Positions 1-10,352 of a stretch of 64,000 nt of DNA are shown in pieces. The position numbers and the translations under genes are program-made. The stretch lies in NCBI GenBank assembly GCA_050176585.1, contig JBFXHX010000018.1, positions 20,156 to 84,155 of the forward strand. The letters are read 5' to 3'. The number at the start of each line of letters is the position of its first letter. The stretch's first letter is position 1. The stretch comes from Candidatus Binatia bacterium (GTDB lineage: Bacteria; Desulfobacterota; Binatia; HRBIN30; CADEER01). The notes below the pieces were generated by a model. That model saw nothing but the letters and a program-made list of their open reading frames with translations, made no database searches and was not told the origin of the DNA.

Positions 1-1
1 C

Positions 2-70
2 ATCCCGTGGCCGCAGACGGTCGCGGATTTGATCGCTTACGAGCGGGCGTTGGCCTCCGGCGCCGCCTAG
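2..70 (+). CDS. 3' end of an unidentified CDS running in from upstream (…IPWPQTVADLIAYERALASGAA*)
   Basis: Frame 2 is open from the window edge to TAG at 68-70. Codons are GC3-rich like the other genes. No family recognised. Confidence 0.3.
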   Translation: MPWPQTVADLIAYERALASGAA

Positions 71-257
71 CCGCTGTCCTCACTGTGTAGCCGACGGGCC
101 TGTGGCGGCCCGGCGCGCGTCGAGCGTTCCTGCCCATCGAGTGGCCCTTCGCCTGTGCGCACAGCTCCGCCGCGGGTCGCCACGGCGTACTCGCAAAGAC
201 GCGAGGAATCCATCCATTCCGGTGCAGTGCTTCGAAACGATCGACCCTCGACATAGA

Positions 258-274
258 GGCGCGCTTTGCGCGCC
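258..274. terminator. Perfect GC hairpin (GGCGCGC-TTT-GCGCGCC) between two convergent gene ends; possible bidirectional terminator
   Basis: 7-bp perfect stem with a 3-nt loop, read directly. It lies between the + CDS ending at 70 and the - CDS ending at 383. There is no U-tract. Confidence 0.2.
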
Positions 275-382
275 CGGCTGCCACAGGTGCGCCGGCTACA
301 GCAAGCGCAGCGCGGGCCTTTGCGGCAGCCACCCCAGGCAGCATCCGCCGGCGCGATGCGCGCGTTGCCCCGACGCGATGCG

Positions 383-2239
383 TCAGTTCAACTGATAGGT
401 GACGCGGAGTGCGACCTGGTCGCGATCGCGGAAGAAGCCGAGCGCCTGGTATGCGCCGTCGATGTGCTGCCAGTCGGCTTGGAAGAGCAGCGAATCGGTC
501 CAGCGGTAGATCAGGGTCGGATGGATCGCATAGGTGCCGCGGACGTACCCGATCAGGGTGAGGCGCGGTATCAAACGCCCGTGCAGGTAATCGGTCTGGA
601 TCGTCATCTGTCCCTGCGCGTCGAGCGGGTACGTATTGACATAGTCGCTCTGCACCGCGCCGCGCTGCACGGGCTGCAAGCCGCCGTCCGGCAGGCGGCG
701 GAAGAGCGATGGCTTGAGCTGCGGAGAGCGGAAGTGCGCGTCGCTGGCTCCGGTGTAAGACGCGTTGTAGGAGCCGACTGCCGAGGCACTGAGCACGAAG
801 CTGTTGCTCGGATTCAGTGAGCGCAGGAAGAAAAACCGGTCGAAGCCGATCTCGTAGCGCAGGATGTCGTTGTACGGGATGTAGCCGGGGCTCGAGATCG
901 GGTTGCGGCCGCCCGGGCACACCATCGGCTGGGTGCGGCTAATCGGACAGATGTTCAAGTTCGCCTGCGGAATGAAGCCCTGTTCGTGCTCGAACAGCTG
1001 CGCATTCAGGCGCAGGATGCCGTCGAGTGGCTCGGCGAAAAACGTCGCCGCCACGCCGTAGACCATCACCGGTTTGTGCTCGATGGAGACGATGAACAAG
1101 TTCGTGCCGTTGATCGAGAACGGCAGGTTGTCCTGGCGCCCGATCTTCACCGGCACCGGGTTTTGCGGCAGCGTGCGGTACGCCCACGCCTGTAGCGTGT
1201 ACGCGCCGTCGATGACGGTCTGGAAGCGGATGCCCCAACGGCTGCTTTCCATGCCGGACTTCGGTAGGTGATCCAAGAATACGAACTGGAACGTCGGCGG
1301 AAACACGCCGCCGGATTGTTGACTCGCGAGCTGCGGATCCTTGCCGCGCGGCGAGTACGGACTGGCGGTGATCAGCGGCGTGATCGGCGTGGTCGCGTCG
1401 AGATCCCCCGGTACCCAGTAGCCCTCGAGCATGCCGCTCGAGAAGCGCCCCCACACGTCGAACAGCGTGTAGCTCGTGCGCAACGTGTACAGGGGAATGC
1501 GCGACTCCTCGATGTCTTCGAAGAATCCGGGAGCGGCCAACGTGAGATCGAACGGATTGCTCTGATCGAGCAACGCGATGGTGTCCGATTCGCCCCAGGA
1601 GATGCTCTGGCGTCCGAAGCGCACGAACAGGGGCCCCTTGGTATAGCTGAGGTACAGCTCGTTCACCCGCGCCTGATGCGCGTAAATATCGGGCGGATCG
1701 TACAGCTCGAAGTCGGGAAAGACCTGGTTGAAGCGCGTCGCGCCGGGCACCAGCTTGATATTTTCTCCGCGCACGAACCAGCCGCCGGCGCGGAGGTTGA
1801 TCGGCCCCTGGCGGGGAACGCGGTTGTCGAAGGAAGCGTTGATCACCTTCTGCGCCGCATCGAACTGCGAAGCGCCGTAATCGTAGAGGCCGTCGTAGAA
1901 GCCCCAGGCGGTGGCGCGAAACCGCAGATCGTCCGGCGCGAGCCAGTCCAGCCAGCCCCCGCGCATCCACGCGGTGTAGCTGGTGAGCTTGGCGTCGAGC
2001 TCCGGGTAAAAGAAATTTCGATGCTGGATCAGCTGGCCGGACTTGGTGACGGGTGCGGTGTCAGGGGCGGAATCCTGGATGCGGATCGCCGCCTGGCTGT
2101 AGATGCGGGCACGCAGCGTGATGTTGCGGTCGTCGTCGAGCGTCAGCGCCGCAGCCATCGAGGCGCAGAGCGCGATCGAGGACACGAGGAGGAGTGTCGC
2201 GGCGGTCAGAACCGCTGGCCAGGCCTGCCGTCGCACCAT
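383..2239 (-). CDS. DUF1302-like outer-membrane beta-barrel protein
   Basis: This is only the C-terminal 618 codons of the 1205-aa track ORF. ATG at 2239 is followed by a signal peptide (MVRRQAWPAVLTAATLLLVSSIALCASMAAA). It has the FGRQSISWGESD motif and an aromatic C-terminus (…RVTYQLN) typical of DUF1302/OM barrels. Confidence 0.6.
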   Translation of the reverse strand: MVRRQAWPAVLTAATLLLVSSIALCASMAAALTLDDDRNITLRARIYSQAAIRIQDSAPDTAPVTKSGQLIQHRNFFYPELDAKLTSYTAWMRGGWLDWLAPDDLRFRATAWGFYDGLYDYGASQFDAAQKVINASFDNRVPRQGPINLRAGGWFVRGENIKLVPGATRFNQVFPDFELYDPPDIYAHQARVNELYLSYTKGPLFVRFGRQSISWGESDTIALLDQSNPFDLTLAAPGFFEDIEESRIPLYTLRTSYTLFDVWGRFSSGMLEGYWVPGDLDATTPITPLITASPYSPRGKDPQLASQQSGGVFPPTFQFVFLDHLPKSGMESSRWGIRFQTVIDGAYTLQAWAYRTLPQNPVPVKIGRQDNLPFSINGTNLFIVSIEHKPVMVYGVAATFFAEPLDGILRLNAQLFEHEQGFIPQANLNICPISRTQPMVCPGGRNPISSPGYIPYNDILRYEIGFDRFFFLRSLNPSNSFVLSASAVGSYNASYTGASDAHFRSPQLKPSLFRRLPDGGLQPVQRGAVQSDYVNTYPLDAQGQMTIQTDYLHGRLIPRLTLIGYVRGTYAIHPTLIYRWTDSLLFQADWQHIDGAYQALGFFRDRDQVALRVTYQLN

Positions 2240-2367
2240 GCTTCTCTCCCATTGCGCCTGTTCACCAGCGCACCCGTGCGACGACAGCCGAGCGGCCGGC
2301 CTCGCCCATGCGGCACCCTCTCGCGAAACGCGAGCTCGGCAGGAACCCCGGCGCAAACGGGCGCGAT

Positions 2368-4860
2368 TTACGCCGGCGGTTTTTCCACTGTCAAGGCTGG
2401 CGCGGGCGGGGCGAGCCGCGCTCGGCGCCCGCGGCCGCCGGTGACCGCGATCGCGCCATCGCGGGTGATGGTAAGCGCGACGGCGCCGTCGCGATCGGTG
2501 CGCCAGAGCGGAATGCCGCGCGCGGCGTAGTCTCGCTCGACGTGCGGGTCGGGAAAGCCGAATCGGTTGTCGGCGCCGACGGAGACGACGGCGAGCGATG
2601 GCGCGATGTGGGCGAGAAAGGTCGGTGAGCTCGACGATCGGCTGCCGTGGTGCGGTACTTTGAGCACCGTGCTGGCCAGCGCCGAGCCCCAGCGCGCGAC
2701 GAGTGCCGCTTCGCCCGCGGCTTCGATGTCGCCCGGCAACAGCACGGCAGCTGGCCCGTAACGCAGCCGCAAAGTCAGCGAGCGGTCGTTGTCCGTCGCG
2801 CTGCGCGCGCCGTTCCCGGGGTGCAAGACCTCCACCAGCACGCCGTCGATCTCCCGCCGGGTACCGGCGCGCGGAGCGACCGTGGGAATGCCCGCTGCCG
2901 TCACCGCGCGCCATAGCGCGGTGAACTCCCCGCCCGGGTTCGCGACGCCGTTCCACCAGAGCGCGCGCGGCGCAAACGTTTCGGTGAGAAAGCGCAAGCC
3001 GCCGTAATGATCGAAATCCGCATGGGTGAGGACGGCGATGTCGATGCGGGTAATCTTGCGCCTCCAGAGGGCGGGGCCGACCACGCGCGCGCCGATGTCG
3101 AAGTGCCCACCCGTCAGGCCGCCGGCGTCGACGATCATGACGTGACGGCCGGGGAACTCGATGAGCGTACAGTCGCCCTGGCCGACGGAGAGAAAGGTCA
3201 CGCGAAGCGCGCCGCTGGCGCTCCGCTCGATGGCCCAGGCGGACGCGTCGACCAGCAGCGCTGCCCCGCACAGCGCGAGCGCGATTCGCCGCCAGTGGCG
3301 GTCGCGCAGGAGGCTTGCACCGAGCGCCGCGTACACGAGTGCAAGCTCGACGAGCGATGGAGTCGGCACGCGGACCGAGGCGGCGGGGAGCGCCGCAAAC
3401 CATGTGGTGATGAAGTCGGCCAGGCGGATTGGCGGTCCAATCGCGGCGAAGCAGAACGGGGCCGCCGCGGGCGCGATGGTCACCGCGAGGGTGCCGAGGA
3501 GGCCGAGGCCGATGGTCAGTCCGCCGAGCAACGGGACGACGATGAGGTTCGCGAGCGGCGCGACAAGCGAGATCTGGTTGAAGTGCCATGCCATCAATGG
3601 CGCCGTTGCCACCAAGGCGCTCACAGTGGCGGCCTCCGACAGCGCCAACCAGCGTAGCCATGCCCAGGCGCGGTGCCGGAACCGGAGGAGGCGCGCTTCC
3701 TCGAACGCAGCCCATCGCGCCCGCGCCCGCGGGACGCCCACGGCGATGCCGAGGACGGCCATGCAGGACAGCTGAAACGAGATCTCGCGCGCGACTCCGG
3801 GCTGGTCGATGGCCAGCCCGGCTGCGGCCGCTGCCAACGGCGCGAGCCAGTCGCGCGGTCGGTCGAGCAACAGCGCGCCGAACACTAGCAGCCACATGAG
3901 CTCCGCCCGCACCGTGGCGACGTTGCTGCCGGCCAGTGCGGCGTAAAACAGTACCGGAACGAGGCTGCCGGTCATCGCCAGTTTGGGGACGTTGGCGCAC
4001 AGCAGCAGGCGCTCGCTCCGGCCGAGCAGCCAGCGCAACGCGGTATACGCGCCGACGGAAACCAGCGCGACGTGCAAACCCGAGATGGACAGCACGTGGC
4101 TGACGCCAGCGCGCGAGTATCGCTCGCGGACCTCGGCGCTCAGCGCCGCTTGCTCGCCCACCAACAGCGCGGCGGCGACGGCCGCTTCGCGGGGAGGGAG
4201 GGCCGCTGCAATCGCGCTGCGGGTTTCATCCCGCCACTGCTCGAGACGGTCCCGCCAGCTCGAGATCGCCGCCGCGGCGCGCCGCCATCCCCGATCGTCG
4301 GCGGCATAGGCGGTGACATGGACACCGCGGCGGGCCAGAAAGGCTTCATAATCGAACTCGCCCGGGTTGCCGAAGTTGCGCGGCCGCCGCAGCGTCACGA
4401 TGGCCTCGAGCGCATCACCGCGGCGCCACGGCTGCTGCGCGCGCCCCACGGTGATCAGGACGTGGCCCGCCGCGGGCCGCCATTCCGGTCCGCGGCGCAC
4501 GGCCTGCGTTGCGATCAGCAGGCGCATGCCGTGTTGCGCGGCCATGGAGCGCTCGATGACCGTGCCACGCACCCAGGTGCGACCCCCGGCCCAGTGCACG
4601 ACGTCGTCCGCCGTCGCGCCCGGCGCGGGTCGGGTATCTGCCTGCCAGTGGCCCGCGGTGGCGCCGAGCAGCGCCAAGCCCGTCGCGTGTGCCCAATTCG
4701 CCAGCGGACGGCATCGCCCACCGCCGAGGACCAGAATCGCGACGCCGCCGGCGAGTACGCGCGGGACTCCGCCGGGGACGGGTATGGCCGCGAGCTGCCC
4801 GGCGAGCACGCCGAGCGCGATCCAGTACACTGGTGTGATCGGTGGCCGCGCCGATCGCAT
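2368..4860 (-). CDS. comEC: DNA internalisation competence protein ComEC/Rec2 (membrane domain plus C-terminal MBL-fold domain)
   Basis: Polytopic competence domain followed by a metallo-beta-lactamase segment (DAGG…, THADFDHYGG, KVPHHGS). Start chosen at MRSARPP (4860); the track start 4890 is also possible. Confidence 0.85.
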   Translation of the reverse strand: MRSARPPITPVYWIALGVLAGQLAAIPVPGGVPRVLAGGVAILVLGGGRCRPLANWAHATGLALLGATAGHWQADTRPAPGATADDVVHWAGGRTWVRGTVIERSMAAQHGMRLLIATQAVRRGPEWRPAAGHVLITVGRAQQPWRRGDALEAIVTLRRPRNFGNPGEFDYEAFLARRGVHVTAYAADDRGWRRAAAAISSWRDRLEQWRDETRSAIAAALPPREAAVAAALLVGEQAALSAEVRERYSRAGVSHVLSISGLHVALVSVGAYTALRWLLGRSERLLLCANVPKLAMTGSLVPVLFYAALAGSNVATVRAELMWLLVFGALLLDRPRDWLAPLAAAAAGLAIDQPGVAREISFQLSCMAVLGIAVGVPRARARWAAFEEARLLRFRHRAWAWLRWLALSEAATVSALVATAPLMAWHFNQISLVAPLANLIVVPLLGGLTIGLGLLGTLAVTIAPAAAPFCFAAIGPPIRLADFITTWFAALPAASVRVPTPSLVELALVYAALGASLLRDRHWRRIALALCGAALLVDASAWAIERSASGALRVTFLSVGQGDCTLIEFPGRHVMIVDAGGLTGGHFDIGARVVGPALWRRKITRIDIAVLTHADFDHYGGLRFLTETFAPRALWWNGVANPGGEFTALWRAVTAAGIPTVAPRAGTRREIDGVLVEVLHPGNGARSATDNDRSLTLRLRYGPAAVLLPGDIEAAGEAALVARWGSALASTVLKVPHHGSRSSSSPTFLAHIAPSLAVVSVGADNRFGFPDPHVERDYAARGIPLWRTDRDGAVALTITRDGAIAVTGGRGRRARLAPPAPALTVEKPPA

Positions 4861-5015
4861 GGATGTCGGCCCTATATGCAGTGCACACAAAATAGCATAC
4901 GCAGAGTCTACTAATTAAATTTACACCAGTGCGCTGGTTGGGTAAAGCATCCGCACCGGCTCTCGCGGGCGCATCAACCACCGGCGCACACGCGCCGAAA
5001 CAAGGAGGGATCTCC
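4861..5015. promoter_or_regulatory. Locally AT-rich divergent intergenic region between comEC and comEA
   Basis: Contains …caaaatagcatacgcagagtctactaattaaatttacacc…, one of the few AT-rich stretches in the window. TTTACA-N17-TAAAGC faces comEA. Confidence 0.3.
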
Positions 5016-5336
5016 ATGTCACGACCAAACGTGCGCACCCTGCTCGGAGTGCTGGCGGCGTTGGCGGTATTCATCGCCCGACCCGTCGCCGCCGAGAGTA
5101 GCCCTGTGAACATCAACACCGCCTCCGTCACGGAATTGGCCGGTTTGAAAGGAATCGGTCCGGCCAAGGCGCAGGCCATCATCGAGCACCGCGACAAGAA
5201 CGGCGAGTTCAAGAGCATCGACGACCTGAAGCTCGTGCGCGGCATTGGGGACAAGATGCTCGAGGAATTGCGTCCGCAGGTCACCGTCCAGAGCAAGAGC
5301 GCGGCGGCCGCACCGGCCGCCGCGCCGAAACCGTAA
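5016..5336 (+). CDS. comEA: ComEA-type helix-hairpin-helix DNA-binding competence protein
   Basis: AAGGAGG SD at 5002-5008, ATG at 5016 and a signal/anchor segment. HhH motifs: NINTASVTELAGLKGIGPAKAQAIIEHR…FKSIDDLKLVRGIG. Confidence 0.85.
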   Translation: MSRPNVRTLLGVLAALAVFIARPVAAESSPVNINTASVTELAGLKGIGPAKAQAIIEHRDKNGEFKSIDDLKLVRGIGDKMLEELRPQVTVQSKSAAAAPAAAPKP

Positions 5337-5572
5337 CTCGACCAGCGCCACGCGCGACCGCGAGAGCCGGCCTCGCGCGTCCGCCGCAGTGGCGCGCTTG
5401 TGGCCGCTCTCGCGTCGCGCCGAGAACCGGCGAGCTGGCTATTTCGCTGCAAGCGCGTATGTATGGAAGCGAAAGCGGTCGCGCAGTTTCGGGTCGTTTC
5501 GACCCGGCGGCGGCGGTCGCGCGAGACCGTGCGCGTCAACGGCAGCTGAGACCGCGGCCACGGGGTCAGAGT

Positions 5573-6196
5573 ATGACGAGGATCGTACGATGTGCGGCTG
5601 CAGCGTTGTTCGCGCTGAGCCTCACGTGGGCCGCGGCAGTCGCCGCCGACGCGTCGCCCATCGCGATCATCGACGAGTTGCACGGAACTCTCCTCGGCGT
5701 CATGAAAGACGCTCAAGCGCTCGGCTACGCCGGGCGCTACGAACGCATCAGACCGGTGATCGACCGGCACTTCGACCTCGATTTCATGGCTCGGTTCGTG
5801 TTGGGGCCGGGATGGAAAGAGCTCAGCCCGGCGGATCAGGAGCGCTGGCGCGAGGCGTTCGAGCACATCAGCGCGGCGACGTACGCGGGGCGGTTTACCG
5901 GCTACGGAGGTGAGCGCTTCCGCACCCTCGGTGAGGAGCCGGGCGCGGAAGGCACGGTCTTCGTGCGCACGGTGCTCGACCGTCCCGACGGGGAGGACGT
6001 CGAGTTGACGTACCGTCTACGGAGCACCGACGGCGCGTGGAAGATCGTCGACGTCTATCAGAAGGGAACCGTGAGTGAGCTGGCGCTGCGGCGGTCCGAG
6101 TACTCGACCGTGCTGAAGCGCGAAGGGTTCGCCAAGCTCCTCGCATCGGTGCATGCGAAAGCCGCGGACTACGCAGCTGGCAAGGTTAACGGCTAG
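5573..6196 (+). CDS. MlaC/Ttg2D-family periplasmic phospholipid-binding protein
   Basis: Signal peptide from ATG 5573. Family-typical blocks: FDLDFMARFVLGPGWKELSPADQ…F…ATYAGRF…WKIVDVY.KG.S. Confidence 0.7.
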   Translation: MTRIVRCAAAALFALSLTWAAAVAADASPIAIIDELHGTLLGVMKDAQALGYAGRYERIRPVIDRHFDLDFMARFVLGPGWKELSPADQERWREAFEHISAATYAGRFTGYGGERFRTLGEEPGAEGTVFVRTVLDRPDGEDVELTYRLRSTDGAWKIVDVYQKGTVSELALRRSEYSTVLKREGFAKLLASVHAKAADYAAGKVNG

Positions 6197-6260
6197 CGCA
6201 TGGCGAGCGCGCAGGACTTGCCAGGCGCGCGATGATCCTCCTGGCCAACGCCGTGCGCCG

Positions 6261-7130
6261 TCACGGTGCGAGGGCGTCCGTGGAAGGCGGCCGCCCGTCC
6301 ACGTCGCGGGTGGCGGCCGCCGCGGTGTTCCGTTGCTGATGCGCAGCGCGCCGGCGCCAGATGTCCGCCGTGCGGGTCTGGTAATAGGCGCTGCGCAGGG
6401 CCGAGTAATAATCGATGGACGACGCCCGCAGCGCTTCCAGACCCTCTGCATGCGCCTCGCGCAGTGACAGCCCGCGCGAGCCTTCGAAAACGAACAGCGC
6501 GGCTATCGGCAGCGCGTACAACATCGGCTGCAAAAGGAAGTCGACCACCGCTCCGGAAGCGTCTCGCACGTTGCTCGGGCCGAAGAAGGGCAGCACGACA
6601 TACGGGCCGCTGTCGAGGCCGGCCAGCGCCAGCGTCTGGCCGAAGTCCGAGCTGTGTCGCGGCAGGCCGAAATCCTCGGCGGGATCGAACAGCCCGCCGA
6701 TCCCGACCGTGGAGTTGATGAGGAATCGCTCCGTCGTGATGCTGGCGTCGGCCCACTCGCGCTGCAGGAGATCGTTCACGAGCACGGCCGGGGAGTTGAT
6801 GTTCAAGCAGAAGCGGCGGACGGCGTGGCGCGCCGGCTCCGGAACCAAAAACTGGTAAATGTCGACCGCCGGCGTGATGACCCACCCGTCGAGCTGACGG
6901 TCGAACCACAGCATTTTGCGATTCGTGTTTTCCCACGGATCTGGAAAGCCGGACGCCTGTTGCTCGTCGACGGTGGCCTCCTCCTCGAGCGGGACCACGT
7001 CTCGTTCCGCCCGGAGCTCGGGCGTGGGCGGATCGCTCGTTGATCGCTCGGCAGCGGTACAGGCCGGAGCCAGCGCGATGAGGGCGGCCAACGCGCAGAG
7101 GGCTCGAGGGCGGATGGCATCGCAGGGCAT
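6261..7130 (-). CDS. mlaA: MlaA/VacJ-family outer-membrane lipoprotein
   Basis: Lipobox-like LAPAC after the start at 7130. VacJ blocks: DPWENTNRKMLWFDRQLD…P…Y….P…R….F..N…P.VLVNDLLQ. Confidence 0.8.
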   Translation of the reverse strand: MPCDAIRPRALCALAALIALAPACTAAERSTSDPPTPELRAERDVVPLEEEATVDEQQASGFPDPWENTNRKMLWFDRQLDGWVITPAVDIYQFLVPEPARHAVRRFCLNINSPAVLVNDLLQREWADASITTERFLINSTVGIGGLFDPAEDFGLPRHSSDFGQTLALAGLDSGPYVVLPFFGPSNVRDASGAVVDFLLQPMLYALPIAALFVFEGSRGLSLREAHAEGLEALRASSIDYYSALRSAYYQTRTADIWRRRAAHQQRNTAAAATRDVDGRPPSTDALAP

Positions 7131-7337
7131 CACGTGATGGGCCGTCCTCCAGGCCGCTCCGCGCAATCTACACGGGTGCAGCCGTAGCGGCTACTGCATT
7201 CGCCGCCGCCGGGCGCCCATGTCCCGTGCCGCGTGGCAGCGGGTTCAACTCCACGTCTTCGTGAACAACCGACAGCCGAATTCCCCGAGCGTCGTCGTCG
7301 CAGCACGTCCGTGAACGCCTCGCGAGGCCTTCGGGCG

Positions 7338-8342
7338 CTATGGCGCGACCGTCAACACGGCGGCGCCGTCGAAACCGTCGGACTTCAACTGGCGGAGCGC
7401 TTCATTGGCGTCAGCGAGCGGGAAGAGCACCGTGCGCGGGCGGATCGGGATCTCGGCCGCCAGGCGCAGCAGCTCGGCGCCGTCTTGGCGCGTATTGGCG
7501 GTGACACTACAGAGGGTGCGCTCGTAGAAGAGATGGCGTTGGTAATCGAGCGGCGGCACCCCGGTGAGATAGATTCCGGCCAGCGCCAGCGTACCGCCGC
7601 GGTCGAGCGCCGCTAGCGCCGTCGGCACCAGGAGCCCGGCCGGTGCGAACAACACCGCGCTGTCGAGCAGCTCGGGTGGCGTGTCGTCCGCGGCTCCGGT
7701 CCACTCGGCGCCCAACGCCGCCGCTAGGGCGCGATGCTTCGCCTCGCGCGTCATCACGAACACGCGGCAGCCGAGATGGCGCGCGATTTGGATGGCGATG
7801 TGCGCCGACGCGCCGAAGCCATACAACCCGAGCCGGCAGCCCGCGAAGATACGCGCGCGGCGCAGGGCGCGATAGCCGATGATGCCCGCGCAGAGCAGCG
7901 GTGCGGCCTCTGCGTCGCCGAGGGCATCGGGTATGGCGTACGCGAAGTCCGAGCGCACGATCGCGTACTCGGCGTAGCCGCCATCCGCGTGCCAGCCGGT
8001 GAACTCGGCGCCCGCGCAGAGGTTCTCGGCTCCACGGCGGCATGCGGCACATGTCCCACACGTGGCGCGCAGCCAGGCGATGCCGACGCGCTCGCCGACC
8101 GCGAACCGGCTCGGACTGGGGCCGGCGGCATCCACGATGCCGACGACTTGATGACCGGGCACCACGCGCGCGCGCTGCGGAGCGAGCTCCCCTTCGACCA
8201 CGTGCAGGTCGGTGCGGCAGACGCCGCACACGTGCACGCGCACGCGCAACTCGCCGGGGCGCGGTTCCGGCACGGGCATGCTCAGCAACTGCAGCGGTGC
8301 CGTTTCGACCGGAGCCGGGCGCTCTAAAGCCATGGCGCGCAT
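7338..8342 (-). CDS. Zinc-dependent alcohol dehydrogenase family oxidoreductase
   Basis: [14 protein letters not shown] and the structural-Zn cysteine cluster [15 protein letters not shown]. Start at 8342 (MRAMALE) or 8333. Confidence 0.85.
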   Translation of the reverse strand: MRAMALERPAPVETAPLQLLSMPVPEPRPGELRVRVHVCGVCRTDLHVVEGELAPQRARVVPGHQVVGIVDAAGPSPSRFAVGERVGIAWLRATCGTCAACRRGAENLCAGAEFTGWHADGGYAEYAIVRSDFAYAIPDALGDAEAAPLLCAGIIGYRALRRARIFAGCRLGLYGFGASAHIAIQIARHLGCRVFVMTREAKHRALAAALGAEWTGAADDTPPELLDSAVLFAPAGLLVPTALAALDRGGTLALAGIYLTGVPPLDYQRHLFYERTLCSVTANTRQDGAELLRLAAEIPIRPRTVLFPLADANEALRQLKSDGFDGAAVLTVAP

Positions 8343-8425
8343 GCGCGCATTCTTCGGCGCGCATGCGGTCGCGTGCAAGTGCCCGCCCTTGCCGCCGCCG
8401 CGTGGCCACGGCAGCATCGCGCCCG

Positions 8426-10246
8426 ATGAAAACCGGCAAGCGCGCCAGGACTGCCGCGGCCCGCCCGCGGGGTGCGACGGCGACCGTGGTGCGTGCGAGC
8501 CCCCCAAGCCCCGCAGCCGCGACGCGACCGGCGCGTGCCGCGGCGGCGTCGCTGCTCCTGTTCGCTCTGACGTTCGCGATCTACGCGGCCAACTTCCGCC
8601 TACGCGGCACCGGCGACAGCCTACCAACGCGCGTCTTGCCGTTCAGCCTGCTGCGCGAGGGCGACCTGGACCTCGACGAGTTCAGCTGGGACCGCACGAG
8701 GCGCAACCGTCTTCCGTACTACCTGCACGTTCGCGACGGCCACATCTATTCCGTCTCGCCGATCGCGACGTCGATCGTGGTCACTCCGTTCTACATCCCC
8801 GCTGCATGGTGGATGGCGGCGCGCGGCATCAGCTACGACGATGTGCGCGCCCGGGTCGTCATCGTCGTGATGGAACGCCTGGCCGCCGCGGCGCTCACGG
8901 CCTTGTCGGCCAGCCTGCTGTTCGGCGTGCTCCGCCGGCTGACGCAATGGCACTGGGCCGTGCTCCTCACCCTGATCTACGCACTGGGCACTTCCACGTG
9001 GGCGCTTTCCAGTCAGGCCCTCTGGCCGCACGCGCTCGCTGAGCTGATGCTGGTCCTCTTGTCCCGCTTCCTGATCGAGCCGCGCCCCAGCACCGGGGTG
9101 CTGGCGCTCGCAGGGCTGAGCGCTGCGCTGGCGGTCGCCAATCGCCCCCAAATGATCATCTTCGCCGGGCTGGCAGGGGTGTATGCGTGGGTGCGCTGGC
9201 GCTGGCGTGCCCTGGCATTCGCGATCCCACCGCTGCTGCTCGGCGGTGCGCTCGCGGGCTACAACCGGGCGATCTTTCAAACCGTCGCCGGCGGCTACGG
9301 GGGGTTTGACCACTTCGGCGGGCCATTGTTCGAAGGCATGGCCGGGTTGTTCATCAGCCCCAACCGCGGCCTGTTGGTGTTCACGCCCATCATGGCGTTC
9401 GCGCTGTGGGGCGCAGTGCGCGTGTGGTGGGTACCGGCACCTGCCTGGCTCCGCTGGCTGTCGGTCGGCGTGGCGATGCACGTGATCGTGCACGCCAAGT
9501 TCGACGAGTGGTGGGCGGGATATACCTACGGACCGCGCTACATGACCGATGTGTTGCCCGCGCTGACCATCTTCCTCGTGTATGGCTTGGTCCCGCTCTG
9601 CCGGAGGCCGGCCATGCGGGCGTTTGCCGCGGTGCTCGCGCTGTACGGCGTGGCGGTGCAGGCGATCGGTGCGTATGCCGCGGACGAATCCTGGAACCGC
9701 GAGCCGGTGCCGTTGGAGCGGGCGCCGTCGCGCGTCTGGGACTGGAGTGACCTCCAGATCGTACGCAGCGCTCGGAACGGCTTCCGCGGCCTCGAGCTCG
9801 CCCACGTGATGGTCGATGCCTTCCGCGACCCACTGCCGGCCCGCGTGGCGCCGCTGCAGCCGGAAGATCTCGCGGCAGCCATTCAAGCGTCCGGGGTGCC
9901 GTCGGCGATGGCGGTTGGAAGTCGAGTACCGATCAGCGTCTCGATCGAAAACCGGGCGGCGATACCCTGGCCGGCTTTCAACGGGGAGAGCATGATCGGC
10001 TCGCGCCGCCTCGTGTTCCTGATGGTGCGCTGGCTCGGCCGCGGCGAGCCGGTCGCCGGTGTCGGCGACGTCATCCTGCTGCCGGAAAATGTTGCACCCG
10101 GCGAGCGCATCGACATGCTTGTGACCTTGGAGGCCCCGCGCCATTCGGGTGACTATGAGCTCGAGCTGCGAGTCACCCAAGCGGTCGACGGCACCCGCGG
10201 TGTCATCGGACCTGGATCCCGCCGGTTTCCGCTGCGCGTGCGGTGA
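8426..10246 (+). CDS. Polytopic membrane protein, GT-C/ArnT-like glycosyltransferase candidate, with a C-terminal soluble beta-rich domain
   Basis: ATG at 8426 is in frame with the track ORF. There are at least 10 hydrophobic segments. The roughly 150-aa C-terminal tail is non-hydrophobic (…[16 protein letters not shown]…YELELRVTQ…). The functional call is by architecture only. Confidence 0.45.
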   Translation: MKTGKRARTAAARPRGATATVVRASPPSPAAATRPARAAAASLLLFALTFAIYAANFRLRGTGDSLPTRVLPFSLLREGDLDLDEFSWDRTRRNRLPYYLHVRDGHIYSVSPIATSIVVTPFYIPAAWWMAARGISYDDVRARVVIVVMERLAAAALTALSASLLFGVLRRLTQWHWAVLLTLIYALGTSTWALSSQALWPHALAELMLVLLSRFLIEPRPSTGVLALAGLSAALAVANRPQMIIFAGLAGVYAWVRWRWRALAFAIPPLLLGGALAGYNRAIFQTVAGGYGGFDHFGGPLFEGMAGLFISPNRGLLVFTPIMAFALWGAVRVWWVPAPAWLRWLSVGVAMHVIVHAKFDEWWAGYTYGPRYMTDVLPALTIFLVYGLVPLCRRPAMRAFAAVLALYGVAVQAIGAYAADESWNREPVPLERAPSRVWDWSDLQIVRSARNGFRGLELAHVMVDAFRDPLPARVAPLQPEDLAAAIQASGVPSAMAVGSRVPISVSIENRAAIPWPAFNGESMIGSRRLVFLMVRWLGRGEPVAGVGDVILLPENVAPGERIDMLVTLEAPRHSGDYELELRVTQAVDGTRGVIGPGSRRFPLRVR

Positions 10247-10352
10247 GCCCGGGCGGGCCGCACCGGCAGGATGCCGTGCGCTATTCTGTGCGATGTTGCG
10301 TGGCTTTTAGCTTGACGCAAAGGTGGCCAAACGGATAAGCCGCGCTCGCGGA

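Noticed and set aside
383-4000. A 1205-aa minus-strand ORF spanning the DUF1302-like gene and running antisense through comEC
   Set aside because: Only the C-terminal 618 codons (from ATG 2239, with a signal peptide) look like a real protein. The N-terminal 580 aa or so are Arg/Ala/Pro-rich nonsense, typical of an out-of-frame or antisense reading in GC-rich DNA, and they overlap the well-supported comEC gene.
8335-8370. GCGCGCATGCGCGC palindrome (8335-8348) and a second GCGCGCATGCG copy (8360-8370) in the ADH / membrane-protein divergent gap; a similar GCGCATGCGC occurs near 32296
   Set aside because: Short self-complementary GC strings of this kind are expected by chance at this base composition. 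The first one overlaps the ADH start codons. I cannot distinguish an operator from noise without comparative data.
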